Source: Ignavibacteria bacterium
GTDB lineage: Bacteria > Bacteroidota > Ignavibacteria > UBA10030 > UBA6906
Reading direction: 5' to 3'
Length of the DNA stretch: 64,000 bases
Assembly (NCBI GenBank): GCA_040290295.1
Contig: PSMW01000009.1
Span: 39,200-103,199 of the forward strand
Positions 38,384-47,369 of the stretch are shown here, piece after piece; position 1 is the first letter of the stretch; each line of letters begins with the position of its first letter. The notes under the pieces are model-generated. The model was given only the letters and a program-made list of their open reading frames with translations, made no database searches and was not told where the DNA came from. The position numbers and the translations under genes were made by a program.

Positions 38384-38871
38384 AAACCATCATCCTTACA
38401 GAACAAGACATCAGGACGGAACTGAGTAAGATTACCGATCCGGAGATCCCCGTCCTCACACTCGTCGAGATGAAAGTGATCCGCAGCGTGAAGGTAGCGG
38501 ATGAGGTGGTGACGGTTGTTCTTTCGCCGACATTCGTTGGTTGCCCAGCGATGGAATACATGAAGAACGAAATACGCTCGCGGCTTGCTGCACTCGGCTG
38601 TAAAGACGTTCGCATCGAGACCACCTTCTCGCCTCCTTGGTCCACCGATATGTTGGATGAAGATGCGAAGGAAAAGCTACGGGCGTTCGGTATCGCACCG
38701 CCTCCGAAAAATGACGGAGCGCTCGAGGCAGTGCTCGCTCTTCCGGTCGCGTGTCCGTTTTGCCATTCCACCGCAACGCATCTCGAAAGTGCATTCGGCC
38801 CCACGTTGTGTAAGCAAATCTACTACTGCGATGCGTGCCGGCAATCGTTCGAGCGCTTCAAGCCGGTGTGA
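38377..38871 (+). CDS. paaD: phenylacetate-CoA oxygenase subunit PaaD (DUF59 + C-terminal Cys cluster)
   Basis: ITDPEIPVLTLVEMKVIR (DUF59) and a C-terminal CPFC...CDAC zinc-ribbon-like pair. Confidence 0.8.
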   Translation: MVKTIILTEQDIRTELSKITDPEIPVLTLVEMKVIRSVKVADEVVTVVLSPTFVGCPAMEYMKNEIRSRLAALGCKDVRIETTFSPPWSTDMLDEDAKEKLRAFGIAPPPKNDGALEAVLALPVACPFCHSTATHLESAFGPTLCKQIYYCDACRQSFERFKPV

Positions 38872-38881
38872 AAGCGTCGAA

Positions 38882-39193
38882 TTATCCTTTGCAAAACTTT
38901 CCAAGCATGGCGCCCCCGTCGAGACAGCCAATTTCGTCGAGCGTTAGGATGGTCGTATCTCCCGAGACGGTGATCTTTACCTTTCTGCCCTCAAGCTCGT
39001 ACGTCCCTTCTTTGGTGATGCCCATGCCTGTTCCTTCGACCTTCCCACCAGAGGTGAACGTCAAGCTGCTCACGAGTGCGCTGCCGAGAGAATCGCCACG
39101 GGAAACATACGTGCCGCTTAGCCCCCGAGTGCAGCCAACGGAGAGGATGCAACGCAGCAGCATTGTGAGGATGAAGTTTGAGTGAAATAACAT
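38882..39193 (-). CDS. small hypothetical lipoprotein (103 aa)
   Basis: LSVGC lipobox and a C-terminal GCLDGGAMLGKFCKG Cys pair. A decayed paralog lies at 41452-41640. Confidence 0.5.
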   Translation of the reverse strand: MLFHSNFILTMLLRCILSVGCTRGLSGTYVSRGDSLGSALVSSLTFTSGGKVEGTGMGITKEGTYELEGRKVKITVSGDTTILTLDEIGCLDGGAMLGKFCKG

Positions 39194-39229
39194 TCTTTTG
39201 TCCTCGAGTCTTTTAGGTGATGGGAAGCG

Positions 39230-41423
39230 TTACTTTGCCAAGATCATCCTTTGTGCAGCGGTGAATCCTCCACCGGCAAGGCGATACACATACACGCCGC
39301 TTGCCAACCCGTCTGCATGGAATGTCGTCTCATACGTTCCCGCTGAAAGATTCTCATCCACCAACGTTCTCACTTCTCGACCAAGCACATCGTACACCTT
39401 GAGCGTCACATGAGTTTTGGGTGTGATGTTCGGGATTTGGAACTCGATAGTCGTTGTCGGGTTGAACGGGTTGGGATAGTTTTGTTCGAGCACAAACGTT
39501 TCGGGTGCAGTGGAGGAGGTGATGTTGACACTGGTAATTTCTGTTGATGGTCGCCGCCACAGATCGAGACCGGCAGTGCCGGCAAATAGTGTGAAGTTCG
39601 CTCCACGGGGGACCGGCGTGAGCGTGTAGATGATCGGAAAGAAGAGGCCTAAATTGGTTGGGAAACCGGTATTGATCGTCGTCCAGTTTGCACCTCGATT
39701 CTGCGAAACATACACACCGAATCCGATCCCGGCGATCAAGTTGTTGCCCAATGAGGCAAGAGAATTCACGCTTGTGCTCGTCAGCCCCGTGTTCATTTGC
39801 GTCCAACTACTACCGTTATTTGTCGAGCGGAAGATGCCGGCAGTTTGGGTGCCGACAAAAATATCCGTGCCGATGAACGCGATCCCTTTGATGCTCGTAC
39901 TGGTAATTCCCGTTCCAATAGAAGTCCACGATGTTCCTTGCTTGGTCGAGAGGTACAACCCATTTCCCGCTGCGTAGAGATTCGAGCCGGAGACGGCAAG
40001 CATCTGCGCTGCGCCCGTTCCTAAACCGCTATTCATGAGGGTCCAGTTTGCACCGTTGTTCGTCGAACGATGTACGCCGGCAGATGATCCGACAAAAATC
40101 GTCGAACCGAGAACGGCGAAGGTCTGCATTGTTGTGGCGGCAGGCAATCCCGTGCTTGCCGAAAACCAATTTGCACCATTATCCGTCGAACGAAACACAC
40201 CCGAAAATCCACCCACGTAAAGGTCTGTTCCCAGGTAAGCGAGAGTCTCGACTGCTGCGTTCGTCAGTCCTGTATTGATCGAAGTCCACGATGCACCATT
40301 ATTTGTGGAGAGAAACACGCCGTTCTCGTTCCCCCCCCGCAAAGAGATCATGACCACCGCTGCCGTTCAGTCTTGCCTTGAACGATCGGATATGCGTTGC
40401 AAGAATTCCATTGTGTGACTCGCTCCAAAGTGCTCCTCCGTTCGACGAAACGTACACGCCTGCGCGATACGATGCGCCTCCGGCAAACAACGTGGGACCG
40501 TTTGCGGCGAGTGAAAGAAGAAGAAGAAGGCTCGATGTCAACCCTGTGTTTACGGGTGTCCAACTGTTGCCATTGTCGCTCGAGGCCACAACGCCTGAGC
40601 CGGCAGCGTAGATGCTCGTGCCGTTCACGAGAAGCGCGTTCGTGATGTGCGTGCTTACGCTCGACCAGTTCGCGCCGCCGTTGGTCGAGCGATAGATGCC
40701 GCTCAAGCTTCCGGCAAAGAGAGTGGTGCCGTTGACCGCAAGAGCTTTCACCGCAAGAATCGCAATGCCCGCGTTCGAAGGCGACCAACTCGTCTCGCCG
40801 TTCGTCGTGACGAATGTACCTGCCGTTTCGGTTCCCGCGAACATCGAAGTTCCGCTCACGACGAGCGCGTTGACTCGCGTTGCAGTGAGGCCACTGTTGA
40901 GTTGCGTCCAAGATGTTCCGTTGTTGGTCGAGCGATATACTCCTGCAGAAGAAGTGCCGGCGAAAAGGTCGTTGCCATTGACGATGAGAAACTGAATGCT
41001 CGATGCCAAGGCGGTTGCAGTCCATGTTATCCCATTGTCGGTGGTAAGATAGACTCCTGCGGCGGTTCCGGCAAACATGCTCGTTCCCTTGGCAGCGAAT
41101 GCGGTAGCCCCAAAGTAGATTCCACCAAAGCTCAGTCCGTTGCTCGAGGCAGTCCACGTTGCGCCATTATTCGTTGACCGAAAATTCCCTCCGGCAAGTG
41201 TCCCCACAAATATTGTCGTTCCTCCTACCGCGTTCGGGTTGACGCCGAGAGCAGAAGTGAGACCACCATACGGCCCGTTTGTGTGTACCCATTGTGCTCC
41301 CGCCGGTTGAGACATCAGCATGAGACCGAAGAAGAGAGACAAGGAAATTCTTTGCACGCTCTTCATAATCGTACTCCTTCTTGTTAGGGGAATGTTTGAA
41401 TTCATCACTTCGCGCCGTTGCAC
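39230..41423 (-). pseudogene. large BNR/Asp-box repeat protein with T9SS type-A C-terminal sorting domain, frame broken at a G8 run
   Basis: Track ORFs 40299..41423 and 39230..40357 both carry STNNG(A/T)SWT repeats. With G7 instead of G8 (plus-strand C8, 40331-40338) they join as ...LFAGGNENGVFLSTNNGASWT. The C-terminus QNYPNPFNPTT...ASGVYVYRL... is a Por secretion tail. Confidence 0.7.
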
Positions 41424-41451
41424 AGCAAACGGCTGTTGTCACGACGCTCCT

Positions 41452-41640
41452 CAGTTCTTGCACAACTTGCCGATCCTGCTGCCGCCGTCGAGACATCCTT
41501 TCTCGTCAATGGTGAAAATCGTCGCCGCCTGGCCTTCCTTCGATTTCGTAGTTGACTTGCTGAGGGACAACCATGGCGGTCGAACTCTACTTTTCCGGTT
41601 GATTGATTTTGTCACCAAACAAACCTATCATGAGCTTGGT
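41452..41640 (-). pseudogene. decayed paralog of the 38882..39193 lipoprotein gene
   Basis: Minus-strand frames read ...TAMVVPQQVNYEIEGR and ...AATIFTIDEKGCLDGGSRIGKLCKN*, against intact TGMGITKEGTYELEGR...TTILTLDEIGCLDGGAMLGKFCKG*. One in-frame TAG, one frameshift and an internal deletion are visible. The 5' end is lost toward the antitoxin gene. Confidence 0.4.
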
Positions 41641-41698
41641 GACGGACTAACATTCGATCGATACATTATCGGATGGACCACATGCATGGAGGAAAAGT

Positions 41699-41923
41699 AT
41701 GAGTCTGAACGACATCTATGAACGCCATGTAAAGGGGCTCTCCGCGGAGGAGCAATTGCGTTTGATTGAACTCATCGCAAGGAACATTGCTCTCCGGACG
41801 GTAGCGGAGACAAAGAAAAGAAGCATCATGGAACTCCACGGTCTCGGAAAAAAGATCTGGGGAACGATGGATGCCCAGAAATATGTGAACGAATTACGCA
41901 CCGAGTGGGACCATCGGCCATGA
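41699..41923 (+). CDS. putative type II antitoxin (74 aa)
   Basis: Small ORF whose stop overlaps (ATGA) the start of a PIN-domain gene. The motif ELHGLGKKIWGTMDAQKYVNELRTEWD is recalled from PIN-associated antitoxins. Confidence 0.5.
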   Translation: MSLNDIYERHVKGLSAEEQLRLIELIARNIALRTVAETKKRSIMELHGLGKKIWGTMDAQKYVNELRTEWDHRP

Positions 41924-42326
41924 TATCGGTTTCTGATGCGCTCTCGGGCGTGCGGCGTCTTGGCACGATACCGCACCGATTATCTACTTTGTGGAGGAAC
42001 ACCCTATCTACGATGCATGCCTCGTCAAGATCTTTCAACAAATTGCAGAAGGACGGATTATAGGAGTTACGTCCGTCGTGTCGCTTTGCGAAGTATTGGT
42101 TCAACCTGTCAAAAAAACTGACAGGCAATTGCAAAATTCTTATCGTGAACTGATGCAAGGGAGTGCTCATTGTGAATTAGTTGCCATTGAATCCATCCAC
42201 GCTGTGAAGGCAGCAGAACTCCGTGCGCACTATGGCTTGAGGACGCCTGATGCCCTGCAAATAATTGCTACTGCAATACTTTCCGGCTGCGAAGGCTTTC
42301 TCACCAACGATAGCCATCTGAAGTGA
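41920..42326 (+). pseudogene. PIN-domain (VapC-like) toxin, N-terminus out of frame
   Basis: ATG 41920 opens MISVSDALSGVRRLG..., but the PIN core (DTAPIIYFVEEHP...TPDALQIATA...FLTNDSHL) is in another frame. That frame has no ATG, GTG or TTG between its stop at 41934-41936 and GTG 41991. A 1-nt gap near 41950-41967 is implied. Confidence 0.6.
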
Positions 42327-42471
42327 GTCGAGGGCGTGCGTGTCCTCGTGCTTGATGAGATTGTTGGTTGAAGACATGCCTGCGATCGCCTCCTGATCCA
42401 TAACATTCCCGAGCTCCCACTGCAACATTCCTTACTCCTACTTCTGCATAAGCTGTGTTCAACGGGCGTCG

Positions 42472-43035
42472 TTACAGTTTCATCGAGATGCCGATATTCA
42501 AAATGCCGATGCCGTACCCAAGCTCGGCGAAGGCGGCAAAGGCTGGCGAGAAGTAGTACCGCGCGCCGGCATGAATGCCGAAGAACAGATAACTGCCCGA
42601 GGCACCGCCGACAGCCGTGCGGCGCGTTGCATCGCCTTGGAACGACGCCGAAACGATGTTGTAGCCCAACCCCGCGCCGCCATACACATCCAACTTCTCA
42701 TTATCGATTTGATAGAAATGGTACGAGCCGCGTGCGCCGATGGTGATGTAGGTGTACTTCCACTTGTACACGCTCGGCGCGTTGATGATGAAGTAGTTGA
42801 ACTCCTGGCTCGATGATGTGTACCCCACAATCCCGCCGACGGAAATGTACTTTTCGATCCCGAAATCGAGTCCGACAGCAATGACGGGAAGACTGGAAGA
42901 ACCATAGAACCCGCCCAATCCGCCGATGCCGAGTCCAAGGTGCCCCACCATATCGCCCTGTTTGTATGCGTTCTTCGCGGAAAGCGAAGCGAAGCAGAAC
43001 AACAGAAGCATCAGGAGAAAACGTGTGCGCTTCAT
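42472..43035 (-). CDS. small outer-membrane beta-barrel protein (OmpW/OmpA-like porin family)
   Basis: Signal MKRTRFLLMLLLFCFASLSA, Gly/Tyr-rich alternating strands, about 187 aa. Confidence 0.6.
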   Translation of the reverse strand: MKRTRFLLMLLLFCFASLSAKNAYKQGDMVGHLGLGIGGLGGFYGSSSLPVIAVGLDFGIEKYISVGGIVGYTSSSQEFNYFIINAPSVYKWKYTYITIGARGSYHFYQIDNEKLDVYGGAGLGYNIVSASFQGDATRRTAVGGASGSYLFFGIHAGARYYFSPAFAAFAELGYGIGILNIGISMKL

Positions 43036-43088
43036 GGCTATAGTCCTTTCTGTTAATGAGTGAAAGAGTGAATGACGAAAAATCTTGC

Positions 43089-43673
43089 TCAAACTCTTGC
43101 GCTTCTCATCTGTCTTGTATTGTTTGCAATCGCAGCCAATGCCCGGGCTTGTTCTGCAACAAACCGCGAGGCGACGATGGTCAGAAAGCCGATCACGGGC
43201 ATGATCAGGACGGACATGAATCCTCCGTCCAGAAACGGGATGGGTAGCATGGAGCCGAAGCCGCCGTCACGCATGAAGATTGTTGTAACCACGCCTGCTC
43301 CCACGCCGACGATCGCCATCCAGCTTCCAGCGGATTCTCCTGAGGTTTGAAGAAGATGGGCCAAGACGGGAGTGACGAGAAAGTCCGCATCACTCTCCGT
43401 CAGTGTCAGCACGACCTGCTTCCGGTGCCACCAAATCTGGAAGCTTAGTCACGATGCCGCAACGATGAATGCCCAGAGAATCAGAAAGCCGAAGAAGAAC
43501 GCCGCACCCATGCTGAACAACTGATTGTCGATAGCGATATACAGCACAACGATGGGTACGAGCAAATGCAACCCGGCGAAGATCGTGTAGAGCCATGAAA
43601 ACGGCGTGCGGAAAAATTCTCCGGAATCGATGGAGCGAACAAACAGGGCAGGCAATGCGAGAAGTGTGTTCAT
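43089..43673 (-). pseudogene. hypothetical multi-TM membrane protein interrupted by one in-frame TGA
   Basis: Track ORFs 43449..43838 (real start ATG 43673 after AAGGAG) and 43089..43412 are in the same frame, separated only by TGA 43449-43451. Read-through would give one TM helix, FFFGFLILWAFIVAAS-x-LSFQIWWHRK. Confidence 0.5.
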
Positions 43674-43884
43674 GAAGGTTCTCCTTTTAGGATTGTTGTT
43701 GTGTGTGGATGTCGTTGTCGATCCTCGAACACGAATCTTCTCGCTGGTAATGAACAGGGACTGCTGACTGAAGTCGGTACTAAGATAGCTCCGAACGTCG
43801 GCGAATTCAATCACCATTGAGTGAACGCGGCAGTTCATTGAGTAAGCGCGGCGAAGTGTTCTTTACATTTTCCAAGGTGTAGCC

Positions 43885-44110
43885 ATGAAACGGTGGTCTC
43901 CCCTCATGGGCGTTCTTCTTCTTGCCCACATTGCCCTTGCCCAGCAGGAACGGGTGGATTCGTTGTTGCAACTCCTTCAACGGCATACTTCCGACGATAC
44001 CGTCAAGCTTGCGCTTCTCACCGACGTGGCGTTAGCGTATGCCACGGCGGATCCAGAAAAGGGATTGGCTCGCGCCGATAGTGCGCTTGCCCTCGGAGAG
44101 TGCCTCGGCG
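43885..44110 (+). pseudogene. N-terminal fragment of a TPR-type sensor/regulator gene
   Basis: Signal plus SLLQLLQRHTSDDTVKLALLTDVALAYATADPEKGLARADSALALGECLG resembles the first TPRs of large sensor proteins. The remaining ORF runs antisense into the nrdJ 3' end with no further similarity. Confidence 0.35.
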
Positions 44111-44159
44111 TAAGGCGAACGCGTACGCTCATCAACACAACACCCCTTCACACGTGGCG

Positions 44160-46521
44160 TCAGCACTTACTCCAGCCGCAATTCTGGCACATGATGCAGC
44201 CGCCGATGTGCTCGATGTTCGAGCCGCATTCGGGACAAGCTGTGGAGATGTGCGGCTCGTCGGTGGTTTGCGACTTCTTCGGTACGCCTCTCATCACCTT
44301 CGGTGCGGGCAAATCGAGCTCTCGGTAGAGTCGAATGCCATCCCGCTCGCGCCGAACGATATAACGCTCCAAGACCTTTCCAATAGCATCGGGGGTGGAG
44401 AGAATTTGTTCGCCATCGCGTTCCCACACCGGATACGGTCCGCTAATGCCTTTCAACTGCTTTACGATTTCCCGCGGCTCGATTCCCGATCGGAGTGCAA
44501 GCGAGATCAAACGACAAATGGCTTCTGTTTGTGCCGGTGCATTTCCTCCTGCTTTACCGATCGTAGAAAAGACCTCACAGATACCATTTTCGTCTTCGTT
44601 GATGGTGACATAGAGGTTCCCTTCTCCCGTTCTGACGCGCTCGGTGAATCCGAATGTCACTCTCGGCCGTTCACGCGGCACGCGCTGAGTGCTCGGCGCC
44701 GGCGGTTGCGAGGTTTCCTGTTTGCGCGCGAACTCCTCGGTCTGCAAGATTCCTTCTCGGCTCCCCTCACGATAGACGGTAATTCCTTTCAGTCCCGCTT
44801 TGTACGCTGTCATGTAAATGTCCGCGACCGTTTCGACGGTGACCTCTTCCGGAAGATTGACGGTGGAAGAGATGGAGCTGTCCACGTACTTCTGAATCAC
44901 GCCTTGCATCTTCACCCTGAAGTAGGGATCGATCTGATGCGCCGTCACGACATAGTCCGGGAGGTTATCATCATCGCCGAAGAGCTTCTTGATGAGCGGG
45001 TGGAACACTTTGTACTCCGAGTAGGTTTCGCCGTCATGGTTCTTCACTTTCCGTCGATAGCTGGTGCAGAAGATCGGCTCGATGCCCGAACTGGTTTGAG
45101 CCGGTGCCGACCGGAGGAACCGTGAGCACGGTACTGTTGCGAATGCCGTATCGTTTGATGTGTTCTCTGATTTCTTCGGGTAAGGATTGGACGAACTTGC
45201 TGCGTGAGTAACCTTCCCACTGAAAGAGAGGGAATGGTCCCTTCTCTTTTGCCAGCTCGATCGACGTCTTGTAGGATTCGTCCCTGATGACCTGCATGAT
45301 CTTCTCTGTTACATCGAGCGCCTCTTGGGAGTCGTACTTGATCTTCATCATGACGAGGGCATCTGCCAAGCCGGTGATGCCCAAGCCGATGCGTCGATCG
45401 GAAGCAACCGCGCGCTTGATCTTGTCCAACGCATGGTTCTCCATGTTGTAGTCGATCACATTGTCCATAAAGCGCGTGGCGATGCGCGTTGCCTTCGCCA
45501 ACTCGACGAAATCGAACGCACCCTCTTCGTTAACGAACTTGCTGAGATTGATATTGCCGAGGTTGCACGCTGTGTACGAAGCAAGTGGTTGCTCGCCGCA
45601 CGGATTCGTGCTGGTAAGGGGATTGGCATACTCAACATTGTGGTAGTCCTTCATCGTGTCCCAGAAGATAATGCCGGGTTCAGCCGAGGCATGTGCGTTC
45701 TTGATGATCGTATACCACAACGCCTTTGCCTTGACTTTGCGATAGACTTTGCCGCCCCAGCGCAGATCGAAATCCGAGTCGTTGATGACCGCATTCATGA
45801 ACTCATGCGTAATGAGCACGCTGATGTTGGCATGTTTCACTTTCTGGCGGAGCGGGTCGTTTTTGATGGTGATGAACTTTTCGATATCAGGATGATCTAC
45901 GCGCAACGTCAACATCAACGCGCCCCGACGTCCGGCCTGCGAAACAGTGTTCGTGCTCTCGCTGAAAAGGTTCATGAACGCCGTCGCGCCGGGCGAGTGG
46001 TCGATGGTTGCATTGACCGGTGCGCCTTCAGGGCGGAGGATCGAGAGGTCCGTCCCCACTCCGCCTCCGGTGCGATAAACCATTGCCGACTCCGTAATGC
46101 AGCGATAGATCCCCTCCAAGCTATCCTCTTCGATCGGGATGACGTAGCAGTTCGAAAGTGTTGGGCGACGGCGAGCCTCCTCACGTCCTGCACCATGCAT
46201 CACTCTCCCACCCGGTACAAACTTGAAGTCGAACAGCAGGTTCAAGAATTGGTTGTACCAATACTCCCGGTCAACGTCCGTTGCCTCGACCGAGGCTAGA
46301 GCTTTCGCAATACGGCTCCACATGTGCATCGGGCCCTTTTCATTGGGGGCGAGATACTTTGAACGGAGAACGTCGGCGGCGAGGTCGTTGTCACCATAAT
46401 AGTCGCGAGCGTTCAGAGCCTGATCCATAATCTGGGGATTCAAGTTGAGTGTGGTGCCTTCGGCAACCCGATCGTTTGCCGTCACTGACCCAGAAGCGGG
46501 GGATGCCTCCTTGTTTGCCAT
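44160..46521 (-). pseudogene. nrdJ: class II (adenosylcobalamin-dependent) ribonucleotide reductase, frame broken once
   Basis: Track ORFs 45034..46521 (N-terminal part) and 44160..45047 (C-terminal part ending CPECG...GGCIMCQNCGWSKC). The conserved SSGIEPIFCTSYRRKVKNHDG is read in the downstream frame, and the switch lies between about 45065 and 45100 with no homopolymer. Confidence 0.85.
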
Positions 46522-47369
46522 GCGCCTATTCCCTTAGATGACTGTTGGTTAAACGGTGATTTAAGATTGTTGGAAGCGTGAAAAGTCCGGGAGAAATCGC
46601 TACTGTCACGGACTCTTCGAAATAGAACGAATCCTCAAGTCTCCAGTCGGGCTTCTCAGGGTGAACGGCGGTACGGGCTCCTCATCGATCGTTGGAGCGA
46701 AGTTGTAGGGGAGGGCGTTCGCCACAGCCCGCAACGCTCAAATCTGACTCGAATTCACCTTGAGCAGACATCGTTCAATCAGCATCGGTCGAAAATATAA
46801 TATCATAACGAAGCGAAGTCAAGTTAAAATTTGGATGAAGAAAACTTTCTCAACAGTGACAATGGGTTAGGGTAACTGAAAAATACTGCGATGCGAGAGC
46901 GGTGGCGCCTCGATCCGACCGATTCGCTCGTGGAGTTGCCTTTTTGTTGGCAATGAGGGACATTCAAGCGTTGAAGTTCCCAACCGAGACCATGCTTCAA
47001 AGCTCAGCTCTCCCACCGTTGTCTGTACTCCATGCTCAGGCTTGTGGTGTGAGGTTGGTGGTTCGGGGTTCAGGGGCAATCACTCGGGATTCAGATCGTA
47101 GGTTTGAGATTCAAAGTTCGAAACGTGAAGCGTAAGATTCGGAATTTGCGGCCCGATGTTTTCCCTTTACCTGCCCGCCTTTCATGTCAATCGATTGATC
47201 CGATGAGCCGTGTCATCCGAGACAGTGACTGCCGATGGTTTCCATTTTCTCCTTCTGCGCAGATACGTAATAGCAGCAGCAAACTTTCTGATGGAGGAAA
47301 GGGTGTCTCCCTCACCACTTGCGGCGCAGTCTGCATAGTCTTAACTTTTGGCTGCACAAAGAACTCACT

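Noticed and set aside
41961-41975. TGGCACGATACCGCA resembles a -24/-12 element.
   Set aside because: The GG-to-GC spacing is one nucleotide short, it lies inside the PIN gene, and no downstream target is present.
43449-43451. Selenocysteine or genetic-code reassignment at the in-frame TGA.
   Set aside because: Many genes in the window terminate at TGA. The position is inside a TM helix, with no redox motif and no evident SECIS hairpin downstream. A nonsense mutation or a base-call error is simpler.
46620-46800. Cobalamin riboswitch in front of B12-dependent nrdJ.
   Set aside because: Fragments such as GGTGAA, GCCACAGCCCGCAAC and AGCCCGACTGGAGAC occur, but on different strands and at the wrong spacing and order for RF00174. 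This cannot be called without Infernal.
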